Source: an uncultured Christensenella sp.
GTDB taxonomy: Bacteria > Bacillota > Clostridia > Christensenellales > UBA3700
Direction: 5' to 3'
Assembly: GCA_910583995.1 (NCBI GenBank)
Contig: CAJTYW010000003.1
Location: forward strand, 80,492 to 144,491
DNA: 64,000 bases
Below the pieces are notes generated by a model. It searched no databases and was not told the origin of the DNA. It saw only the letters and a program-made list of their open reading frames with translations. Below are positions 56,370-64,000 of the stretch, one piece after another. Both the position numbers and the translations under genes were made by a program. The number at the start of each line of letters is the position of its first letter. Position 1 is the first letter of the stretch.

Positions 56370-56738
56370 TCAGTTGTTGCAACCACAACCATTATTTCTA
56401 TTGTTCCAGATTAAAAATACTGGCATACCATTTAAGTTGTTTCTGTTTTGCATTCCGCTGCAAGAGCCGTAACCACAGCCACAACTATTTCTATTGTTGC
56501 CACAGCTACAAGAATTGCAACCGCAAGAGTTACAACCGTAGCCAATTCTATTATTGCCGCAACCACAAGAGTTACAGCCGCAACCATTTCTATTGTTTCC
56601 ACAACCGCAAGGATTGCAGCCACAGCCATTTCTGTTGTTCCAGCCGAAATCGTTAAATAAATTAGCTTGATTATTAAACCAATTGTTACAACCTGAGCAG
56701 TTATTTCTGCAACAGTTATTGCAATTAAAATTACACAT
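56370..56738 (-). CDS. Cys/Asn/Gly-rich tandem-repeat small protein (function unknown)
   Basis: RBS GAGGT 6 nt before the ATG. 122 aa with 24 Cys by my count. Repeated NNRNGCGCN(P/S)CGCG units. No signal peptide. Confidence 0.6.
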   Translation of the reverse strand: MCNFNCNNCCRNNCSGCNNWFNNQANLFNDFGWNNRNGCGCNPCGCGNNRNGCGCNSCGCGNNRIGYGCNSCGCNSCSCGNNRNSCGCGYGSCSGMQNRNNLNGMPVFLIWNNRNNGCGCNN

Positions 56739-56761
56739 ATATATACCTCAAAAACATAGCT

Positions 56762-56790
56762 ATTTTAAAGATAAAATTAAAAAATTTCAA
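56762..56790 (-). promoter_or_regulatory. Sigma-A-type promoter TTGAAA-17-TAAAAT for the Cys-rich gene
   Basis: On the minus strand: TTGAAA (56790-56785), 17-nt spacer, TAAAAT (56767-56762). Confidence 0.55.
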
Positions 56791-57296
56791 AGCTGAATTT
56801 GATTTATCCTATTTGATAAAAATTGTTTCATAACACCGCAATAGGATTATCATTTTGGATTTAAAAGTTTATAGATTTTTGAATTAAAAACTCATAAAAT
56901 CAGTATGAAAAATTTCTTTTTTATCTTCTACTAAAAAGATATGAATTTTTAAAAAAATATGTGAAAAATTTTGAGTAAAAGACTAGACATTTTTTTATAA
57001 ATGTGTTATTATAAATATACAAGAAAAATATATAATAAAATTAAGAAAAATTACACAAAATAATACTGAAAAAATAATCTTGTTTTTGAGCAAAAATCAA
57101 ACAGAAAATTGTTTTTTCAGGGCGTTAAAATTTTATTAAATCCACTGATATTATTTAAACATTCGCAGATTTACAAAATCAATAACAAATAATTTTTCGG
57201 TTTTAACAAAAAATATATTTTCTAAAATAACTTTTAACAGCTGACATATAAATTTCCGTATATGAATTTGGCTTTAATAATCTTGGAGGTATTAAG

Positions 57297-59525
57297 ATGA
57301 GAGAAGAATGGAAAGGTTTTAACGAAGGTGCTTGGACTGATAGTATTAATGTCTCAGACTTCATCAAACGCAACTACACTTTTTATGATGGAGACGCTAG
57401 TTTCTTAAGCGGCCCTACAAAAAGAACTTCTGCAATTATGGAGAAGGTTAACGCATTGCTAAAAGAAGAAACAGAAAAAGGTGTTGTTGGTATCGACACT
57501 GAAAGAGAAACTTCTATTTTAAGTTACGGTCCCGGTTATATCGATAAAGATAAAGAGATTATTGTCGGTTTGCAAACTGAAGCTCCACTTGTTCGTGGTG
57601 TAAACCTATTCGGTGGTAAGAGAATGGCTATTTCTGCTTGCGAAAACTATGGTTATAAAATTTCCGATAAAGTTCTTGATGAGTTTAAATACAGAACTAC
57701 ACACAATGACGGTGTATTCAGAGCATACAATGATACAATGAGAAAAGCAAGACACGTTGGTATCATTACAGGTTTGCCAGATGCTTATGGTCGTGGTCGT
57801 TTGATTGGTGACTACAGAAGATTGGCTCTTTATGGTATGGATTTCCTAATCGAGCAAAAAATGGCTGACAAAGCTAAATATGGCGATATGGATATGACTG
57901 AAGAAAACATTCGTATTGTTGAAGAACTTGCAAAACAAATTGATTTTATGAAACAATTGAAAGTTCTTGCTAACAACTATGGTTTTGATATTTCAAATCC
58001 TGCTAAAAATGCAAAAGAAGCAGTTCAATTCACATATTTTGCTTATTTAGGTTCAATCAAAGAACAAAATGGTGCTGCTAACTCTATCGGTCGTATTTCT
58101 ACTTTCCTTGATATCTATTTTGAAAGAGATTTGAAGAATGGCGATTTAACAGAAGAGCAAGCTCAAGAAATTATGGATGATTTAATTATTAAATTACGTC
58201 TAGTTCGTCACTTAAGAACAGAAGAGTACAATGACTTGTTTGCTGGTGACCCAACTTGGGTAACAATGAGTGAAGCTGGTGTTGACAGCGAAGGTAATCC
58301 AATGGTTACTAAAAACTCTTATCGTGTACTTCAAACATTGTATAACTTGGGTAGTAGCTGCGAGCCTAATATTACAATTTTGTGGAGCCAAAAACTTCCA
58401 CAAGCTTACAAGAATTTCTGTGCACAAGTTTCTATCGATACAGATAGTATTCAATACGAGAATGACGATGTAATGAGATGCAGATATGGTAATGACTATT
58501 CAATCGCTTGTTGCGTATCAGCTATGGAAACTGGTAAACAAATGCAATTCTTTGGTGCAAGATGTAATATGGCAAAAGTATTGCTAATGGCATTAAACGG
58601 CGGTGTTGACGAAGTTCACGGCGTTCAAGTTGCTCCAAAAGGCAAAGTATTTGAAGAAGGTAAGCCACTTGTTTATGAAGAAGTTATGGAAGCTTATGAC
58701 AAATACAGTGATTGGATTGCAAATCTTTATGTAAATACTTTGAATATCATTCACTATATGCACGATAAATACGCTTATGAGCGTTTGACAATGGCTTTCC
58801 ACGATACTAATCCACACAGATGGATGGCTTTCGGTATTAGCGGACTTTCAGTTTTGACAGATAGCTTGAGTGCAATTAAATTTGCAAAAGTTACTCCAAT
58901 CAAAGATGAGCGTGGTGTTATCGTTGATTTCAAAACAGAAGGCGAATTCCCTAAATATGGTAACGATGATGATAGAGTTGACGAAATTGCTAAGTATATC
59001 ACTGATGATTTCTATGCTAAATTGAAGAAAACTCCTTGCTACCGTGGTGCAACTCATACATTGAGTGTTTTGACTATTACTTCAAACGTTGTATATGGTA
59101 GAAAGACAGGTAACACTCCTGATGGTCGTCGTGCAAAAGAGCCATTCGCTCCAGGTGCAAACCCAATGCACGGTCGTGATGCAAGCGGTGCAGTAGCAAG
59201 CTTGACAAGTGTTTCTAAGTTGAATTACGATAGTTGCCGTGATGGTATTTCAAATACTTTCTCTGTAACTCCACAAGCTTTAGGTAAAGATAAACAAACT
59301 CAAATTGTTAACTTAACAACTATGCTTGACGGATATTTTGGTAGAGATGCACATCACTTGAACGTAAACGTTTTGAACAGAGATTTGTTGATTGATGCAA
59401 TGAACAATCCTGGTAAATATCCAACTCTTACTGTTCGCGTAAGTGGTTATGCTGTAAACTTCAATAAACTTACTCGTGATAAACAAGAAGAAGTTATTGC
59501 AAGAACATTCCACCAAAAATTATAA
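57297..59525 (+). CDS. pflB: Formate C-acetyltransferase (pyruvate formate-lyase)
   Basis: RBS GGAGG. 742 aa, glycyl-radical motif RVSGYAVNF, active-site CCVS. Confidence 0.95.
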   Translation: MREEWKGFNEGAWTDSINVSDFIKRNYTFYDGDASFLSGPTKRTSAIMEKVNALLKEETEKGVVGIDTERETSILSYGPGYIDKDKEIIVGLQTEAPLVRGVNLFGGKRMAISACENYGYKISDKVLDEFKYRTTHNDGVFRAYNDTMRKARHVGIITGLPDAYGRGRLIGDYRRLALYGMDFLIEQKMADKAKYGDMDMTEENIRIVEELAKQIDFMKQLKVLANNYGFDISNPAKNAKEAVQFTYFAYLGSIKEQNGAANSIGRISTFLDIYFERDLKNGDLTEEQAQEIMDDLIIKLRLVRHLRTEEYNDLFAGDPTWVTMSEAGVDSEGNPMVTKNSYRVLQTLYNLGSSCEPNITILWSQKLPQAYKNFCAQVSIDTDSIQYENDDVMRCRYGNDYSIACCVSAMETGKQMQFFGARCNMAKVLLMALNGGVDEVHGVQVAPKGKVFEEGKPLVYEEVMEAYDKYSDWIANLYVNTLNIIHYMHDKYAYERLTMAFHDTNPHRWMAFGISGLSVLTDSLSAIKFAKVTPIKDERGVIVDFKTEGEFPKYGNDDDRVDEIAKYITDDFYAKLKKTPCYRGATHTLSVLTITSNVVYGRKTGNTPDGRRAKEPFAPGANPMHGRDASGAVASLTSVSKLNYDSCRDGISNTFSVTPQALGKDKQTQIVNLTTMLDGYFGRDAHHLNVNVLNRDLLIDAMNNPGKYPTLTVRVSGYAVNFNKLTRDKQEEVIARTFHQKL

Positions 59526-59689
59526 TTATCTAAAAATTGCTAGTATATTTACTAATTAATAATTTTTAATTGAGTTTAGTAACGCTTATTACAATTTTGA
59601 ATAATCTATATTGTTTGAGTTTAAGATTTAATATATAGCAATAAATATAATTTGATAATTAAAATTTGAGTTTCAATAGGTTGTAATTT

Positions 59690-60415
59690 ATGGAAGTAAT
59701 TTTAAATGTCCACTCAGTCGAGAGTTTTGCGACTCTCGAAGGGGCGGGTATAAGGTACGCGTTGTTCTTGCAAGGCTGTCCGTACAGATGCGTTTATTGC
59801 CATAACCCAGATACTTGGAAATGTGGTATAGGTAAACCAAAGTCTGTGGATAGTGTTATTGAGCAAATGCAACATTATAAATCATTTTATAAAAATGGCG
59901 GTGGACTTACTGTAACAGGTGGTGAACCACTTATGCAGTCGGAAGGTGTGCTTGAGTTATTTAAAAGAGTACATACTGAACTTGGACTTACCAATACAAT
60001 TGATACTTCTTGTGCTGTTATGCCAGATAATATCAATGAGATTTTGCATTACACCGATTTAGTTATTATCGATTTGAAATTTCATAATAACGAAGATTAT
60101 ATGACATATGCAAATGGCTCACTTGATAATACTATTGCTATGTTAAAAAAGACATTGCAAGCAGGCGTAAAAGTTCTTGTTAGAACAGTTATTGTTCCAG
60201 GTATTAATGATACTGCTCAAGATATTGAAAAATATGTTGACATTGTAAATCAATATCCTAACGTAATTAAATATGAGTTATTGGGATATCATACAATGGG
60301 AGTATTTAAGTACGATGAGCTTGGTATGAAATATCGTTTGGAAGGAGTAGAGCCTTTATCTGCAACAAAATTAAAAGAATTGCAAACTATTGCAAATAGC
60401 AAACTTAAAATTTGA
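59690..60415 (+). CDS. pflA: Pyruvate formate-lyase activating enzyme (radical SAM)
   Basis: CPYRCVYCHN cluster motif, GGGLTVTGGEP. Adjacent to pflB. Confidence 0.9.
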   Translation: MEVILNVHSVESFATLEGAGIRYALFLQGCPYRCVYCHNPDTWKCGIGKPKSVDSVIEQMQHYKSFYKNGGGLTVTGGEPLMQSEGVLELFKRVHTELGLTNTIDTSCAVMPDNINEILHYTDLVIIDLKFHNNEDYMTYANGSLDNTIAMLKKTLQAGVKVLVRTVIVPGINDTAQDIEKYVDIVNQYPNVIKYELLGYHTMGVFKYDELGMKYRLEGVEPLSATKLKELQTIANSKLKI

Positions 60416-60470
60416 TAAAATTAATTATTAGTTATTTAGATTTTTAAAATTATTAACTTTGTTTTAATTA

Positions 60471-60500
60471 AAAAAGCGACTTTTTGTCGCTTTTTATTTT
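60471..60500 (+). terminator. Intrinsic terminator after pflA
   Basis: Stem AAAAGCGAC / GTCGCTTTT followed by a T-run. Confidence 0.8.
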
Positions 60501-60726
60501 TATTTATATTTGGGTTTGGTATTACTCATTAATTATAAAAACAAATGTATAGTTTTATTTAAAGCAAAAATGTTTTTCAATTTATAAAATATTTTTAGTC
60601 TAATATAAAATACTTAAATAATTGCAATCATATTGATTTTTAAGCATTTATAATGTATAATTAATTATAAAATATAATTATGGCATTATTAAAAATTGTT
60701 ATTTTTTATATAATAATGGGGGCAGT

Positions 60727-61425
60727 ATGAAAAAGAAAGCGTTGATAAATTTTATAGTTTTAATTTGCTTGATTCTTAGTTGTTTTTTATTGACTAGTTG
60801 CAATGGCAGTAGTCAAACAGAGTATGACATTGTAAAAAAGACTAAAATGGAAAATTTTGAACTTTTGAATAGGTCAGCAAAAGAAAATCAAGTTGTTTTT
60901 ATAGGTGATTCGATTATAGAACTATTTCCAACTTACGAGCTGTTTGCTGATAAAGATAAAATTGTATATAATCGTGGAATAAGTGGTGATACTTCTGATA
61001 GAATGCTTGAGAGAATGGATAAAAATTGCTTAAATATCAATCCAAATGTTGTATATATTCTAGTTGGTACTAATGATATTGCTAAAAATATCGACTATAG
61101 TACAATTATTGATAATATTAGTAAGTCTATTGATAAATGCAAAGAAAATGGCGTTCAAAAAATCATTGTAAGCGGTTTATATCCTGTCAACAAAGCCATA
61201 AATTCAAATATGGTTGGTAGCAGAACAAACGAAGAAATATTGGAGTTAAATAGCAAACTTCAAGTACTAGTAAAAAACAAATCTGTAGTTTACAGTGATG
61301 TGTTTGATTGTTTAAAAGATAGTCAAGGAAATTTTGATAAAGAGTATACTTATGATGGATTGCACCCTAATGCAAAAGGTTACTCTGTAATTACAAATGC
61401 AATTTTGCCACTTGTTTTTGAATAA
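60727..61425 (+). CDS. SGNH/GDSL hydrolase lipoprotein
   Basis: Lipobox LTSC, FIGDSI (block I), GTND (block III), DGLHPN (block V). Confidence 0.85.
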   Translation: MKKKALINFIVLICLILSCFLLTSCNGSSQTEYDIVKKTKMENFELLNRSAKENQVVFIGDSIIELFPTYELFADKDKIVYNRGISGDTSDRMLERMDKNCLNINPNVVYILVGTNDIAKNIDYSTIIDNISKSIDKCKENGVQKIIVSGLYPVNKAINSNMVGSRTNEEILELNSKLQVLVKNKSVVYSDVFDCLKDSQGNFDKEYTYDGLHPNAKGYSVITNAILPLVFE

Positions 61426-61469
61426 GAAAATATTTTGCATATAATTAAGATAATGATTTAATAGCAATA

Positions 61470-61503
61470 AAAAAATGAGCAAGTTAATTTTGCTCATTTT
61501 AAT
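61470..61503. terminator. Bidirectional terminator
   Basis: Stem AAAATGAGCAA / TTGCTCATTTT. Confidence 0.8.
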
Positions 61504-61518
61504 TTATTTTAAAATTGA

Positions 61519-62418
61519 TTAATCCTTTTTAGCTTTTGCATTTGTAAACTCAATTTGTTGTTGCTCAATGTTTTTAATAAATACATCAAGTTTATTGTAA
61601 GGAATTTCAATATTATTCTCATTCAATTTGTTAAATACGCTTTCAGTAAACGCATAAAAACAATCCCAATAATTTTCGGTAGCAGTCCAAACTTTAACAG
61701 AAAAATCAATTGAACTAGAATTCATTTTTGCAAGATTTACGCTGTTTGCTTGGTCTTGCAATACAAGTTCTTGCTCCTTTATAGTTTCAAGCAAAACTTC
61801 TTTAACTTTAGCCATATCACTATCATAACTAACTGAAACATCTAGGACTATACGACGCATTTCTAAACTTGTGTAATCGATTATTGGATTGTTGATAGTA
61901 ACATTGTGGGGCATAGTGATCATTTCGTTATTACCAGTACGAATTTTAGTGTTAAAAATGCTTATATCAACAACTGTTCCTGAAACACCATTAATCTCTA
62001 CAAAATCACCAATTTTGAAAGGTTTATTTGCAAGAAGAATAATACCATTTGCTAAGTTTGATACACTTGATTGTATTGCAAGAGTGACACCTAAAGTCAA
62101 TGCTGTAATTATAGCTACAAGACTAGTGATAGGAACGCCTACAATAGCAAGCAGAGTTAATGCATAAAGTACCCAAAGCACAAATTTGACTACTGTGACT
62201 AAAAATTTGTAAACAGTTTGGTCAAGTTTAACTTTTTTGCCCATATTTCTAAGCATTTTAATAAAAACTTTAATTAGGATAAAACCGATTATTGCAACAA
62301 TAATAAACAAAACTACTTTGCCAAGACCTGATGCAAAGAATTTTGTCATAGTTTCCATAAAACTATTGAAGCCTGCAATAAAGTTATCCCAACCAGTTGC
62401 TGAAAGAATAGATAACAT
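61519..62418 (-). CDS. Mechanosensitive ion channel (MscS family)
   Basis: Start at MLSILS after AAGGCGG. TM3-beta domain pattern LANGIILLANKPFKIGDFVEINGVSGTVVDI. Confidence 0.85.
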   Translation of the reverse strand: MLSILSATGWDNFIAGFNSFMETMTKFFASGLGKVVLFIIVAIIGFILIKVFIKMLRNMGKKVKLDQTVYKFLVTVVKFVLWVLYALTLLAIVGVPITSLVAIITALTLGVTLAIQSSVSNLANGIILLANKPFKIGDFVEINGVSGTVVDISIFNTKIRTGNNEMITMPHNVTINNPIIDYTSLEMRRIVLDVSVSYDSDMAKVKEVLLETIKEQELVLQDQANSVNLAKMNSSSIDFSVKVWTATENYWDCFYAFTESVFNKLNENNIEIPYNKLDVFIKNIEQQQIEFTNAKAKKD

Positions 62419-62690
62419 ATATTTACCGCCTTTTTTAAATTTATATTGATATTTTAGCACAAAAAGTCATATTTTACAATAGATAATAGTGGATAAATTT
62501 AGCATTTTGTAAAAAATTTATTGATTATTGTCATAAATGAATTTTGCAAGATTTTTTTTAACAAAATATATGTTATTTTGCAAATTTGATATTGACAAAT
62601 AATATTATAAATTATATAATAGAAAAAAAGATTTAATTTAGTAAATTTATAATAAAATTGATACTAAATAGATTTTTTAAGGGGGGATTT

Positions 62691-63320
62691 ATGAAAAATA
62701 ATTTTGTTATTACACTTGCAAGACAATATGGCTGTGGTGGTAGAACCGTTGGCAAAATCGTGGCAGAAAAATTGGGGATTGGTTATTATGATACCGATTT
62801 AATCAAATTAGCAGCAGAAAAAAATGGCGTAAATCCAGAATTTTATAAAGAGTTTGACGAAAAAGCAACAAGCAAATTTGCAAGTATGTTTGGTTATTCA
62901 ACAGGTGTAGGTAATTTTTATAGTGCAAATTATACCGATATGGTTATTAATGACAAAGTTTACTTTGCGCAAAGCGAAGTTATAAAAGAAGTTGCCGAAA
63001 AACCTTGCGTAATTGTTGGCAGATGTGCAGACTATGTGCTTGAAGGTAAGAAAAACCTTGTTAAAGTTTTTCTTCACGCTGATATGGACGCTAGAAGAGA
63101 TAGAATCGTCAATAAATATGGTATAAAAGATGTTAAAAATATTGATAAGTATATCTTTAAGGCAGATAAACATAGGGCACAATATTACAACACTTATACA
63201 GATAAGGAATGGGGTGATATTAAAAATTACGATATCACTATTAATACATCAAAACTAACACTTGAAAAAGTGGCAGATATAATTTTACATTATTTGGAAC
63301 AATTGGAGGAAATTAATTAA
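62691..63320 (+). CDS. Cytidylate-kinase-like family protein
   Basis: ATG after AAGGGGGG. ITLARQYGCGGRTVGKIVAEKLGIGYYD N-terminus typical of this family. Confidence 0.8.
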   Translation: MKNNFVITLARQYGCGGRTVGKIVAEKLGIGYYDTDLIKLAAEKNGVNPEFYKEFDEKATSKFASMFGYSTGVGNFYSANYTDMVINDKVYFAQSEVIKEVAEKPCVIVGRCADYVLEGKKNLVKVFLHADMDARRDRIVNKYGIKDVKNIDKYIFKADKHRAQYYNTYTDKEWGDIKNYDITINTSKLTLEKVADIILHYLEQLEEIN

Positions 63321-63781
63321 TGGACAGACAGGAAAAGGCTTACGAGTGCTTTAAGGAAGGTTATAATTGCGCTCAAGCAATAATTATGGCATTCTCAGAT
63401 GATTTGCCTATTGATAAGGAACTACTTTTAAAATTCAGCAGTGCGTTTGGTGGCGGCTTTGCAAGAACAAGAAATTTGTGCGGTGCAGTTGCAGGGATTG
63501 GTATGGTTTTAGGTGTACTTAAAGATACTTTAGGCAGTGTAGCCGAAGATAAAAAAGATATTTACGAAAAAGTTCGCAATCTAACTGACCAGTTTGAAGC
63601 AATGAACGGTAGCCTACTTTGTGGCGAGCTTTTAAAAAATATTAAAAACATTACAAAAGATTATGTGCCGTCAGAAAGAACTGCCGAGTATTATGCAGTT
63701 CGTCCTTGCGTTAAGTTTATTTTGGAAGCAACAAAACTTACAGAAGATTATTTAGTTTCACAAGGAATTATTAAGGCTTAA
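63320..63781 (+). CDS. C_GCAxxG_C_C family protein
   Basis: CFKEGYNCAQAI, LCGAVAGIGMVLG, LCGELL, RPCVKFI motifs. Confidence 0.8.
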   Translation: MDRQEKAYECFKEGYNCAQAIIMAFSDDLPIDKELLLKFSSAFGGGFARTRNLCGAVAGIGMVLGVLKDTLGSVAEDKKDIYEKVRNLTDQFEAMNGSLLCGELLKNIKNITKDYVPSERTAEYYAVRPCVKFILEATKLTEDYLVSQGIIKA

Positions 63782-63882
63782 TAAAATTTATTAATGATAC
63801 TAAGCAATTTAGTATCATTAATTTTTAAATTATAATTAAATAGCGATTTTACAATAATTAACAAAGGAAAAGAAAACAAAAA

Positions 63883-64000
63883 TGAGAAAAATAATATCAT
63901 TATTTCTTGCATCATCAATTGATGACATAGCATTTGACAGATTGGCGATTGGAGATTTTATAAATCAACTTAACAATATCTATGAATCTAAAGATATTTT
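63883..64000 (+). CDS. Partial ORF (N-terminus only, continues beyond the window), hypothetical
   Basis: ATG 63883 after AAAGGAAAAG. MRKIISLFLASSIDDIAFDRLAIGDF. Too short to classify. Confidence 0.35.

Noticed and set aside
56432-56660. ORFs 56432-56629 (-) and 56448-56660 (+) overlapping the Cys-rich gene
   Set aside because: These are alternative frames of the same GC-rich tandem repeat, kept open by low complexity. Only the 122-aa frame has a start codon with an RBS and a promoter.

Overview
AT-rich chromosomal segment of a spore-forming Firmicute (Clostridia-like), judged from spoIVB next to a Spo0A-type gene, the nadD-yqeK-rsfS neighbourhood, pflBA, gdhA and murG. About 60 protein genes are supported, mostly housekeeping. 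No rRNA, tRNA, CRISPR array, transposase or integrase was seen. Six things stand out. (1) An ~11.4 kb phage-derived late-gene island (9.3-20.7 kb) carries an ArpU/RinA-like activator, terminase, portal, scaffold, capsid, five unassigned ORFs and two holins. It has no recognisable integrase, repressor, replication genes, long-tail genes or endolysin, which fits either a GTA-like domesticated element or a prophage remnant. (2) A tandem pair of 147-nt structured elements (54144-54437) lies between ogg and a MATE efflux gene. The two copies differ by compensatory base changes, and I cannot assign them to a known RNA class. (3) A 122-aa Cys/Asn/Gly-rich tandem-repeat protein (56370-56738) has its own sigma-A-type promoter. 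(4) A receiver-less Spo0A homologue (DNA-binding domain only) sits in the canonical spoIVB-spo0A position. (5) A phosphopentomutase-like protein has its metal-ligand motifs substituted and appears to be expressed from a leaderless mRNA. (6) A yybP-ykoY (Mn2+) riboswitch precedes a P-type ATPase. Other notes cover very large doubly anchored surface proteins, two adjacent half-size TSUP/TauE genes, a NadD-YqeK fusion and an RpoA-CTD-like/WG-repeat protein. All calls come from reading the sequence and recalling family motifs; no database search or folding program was run.
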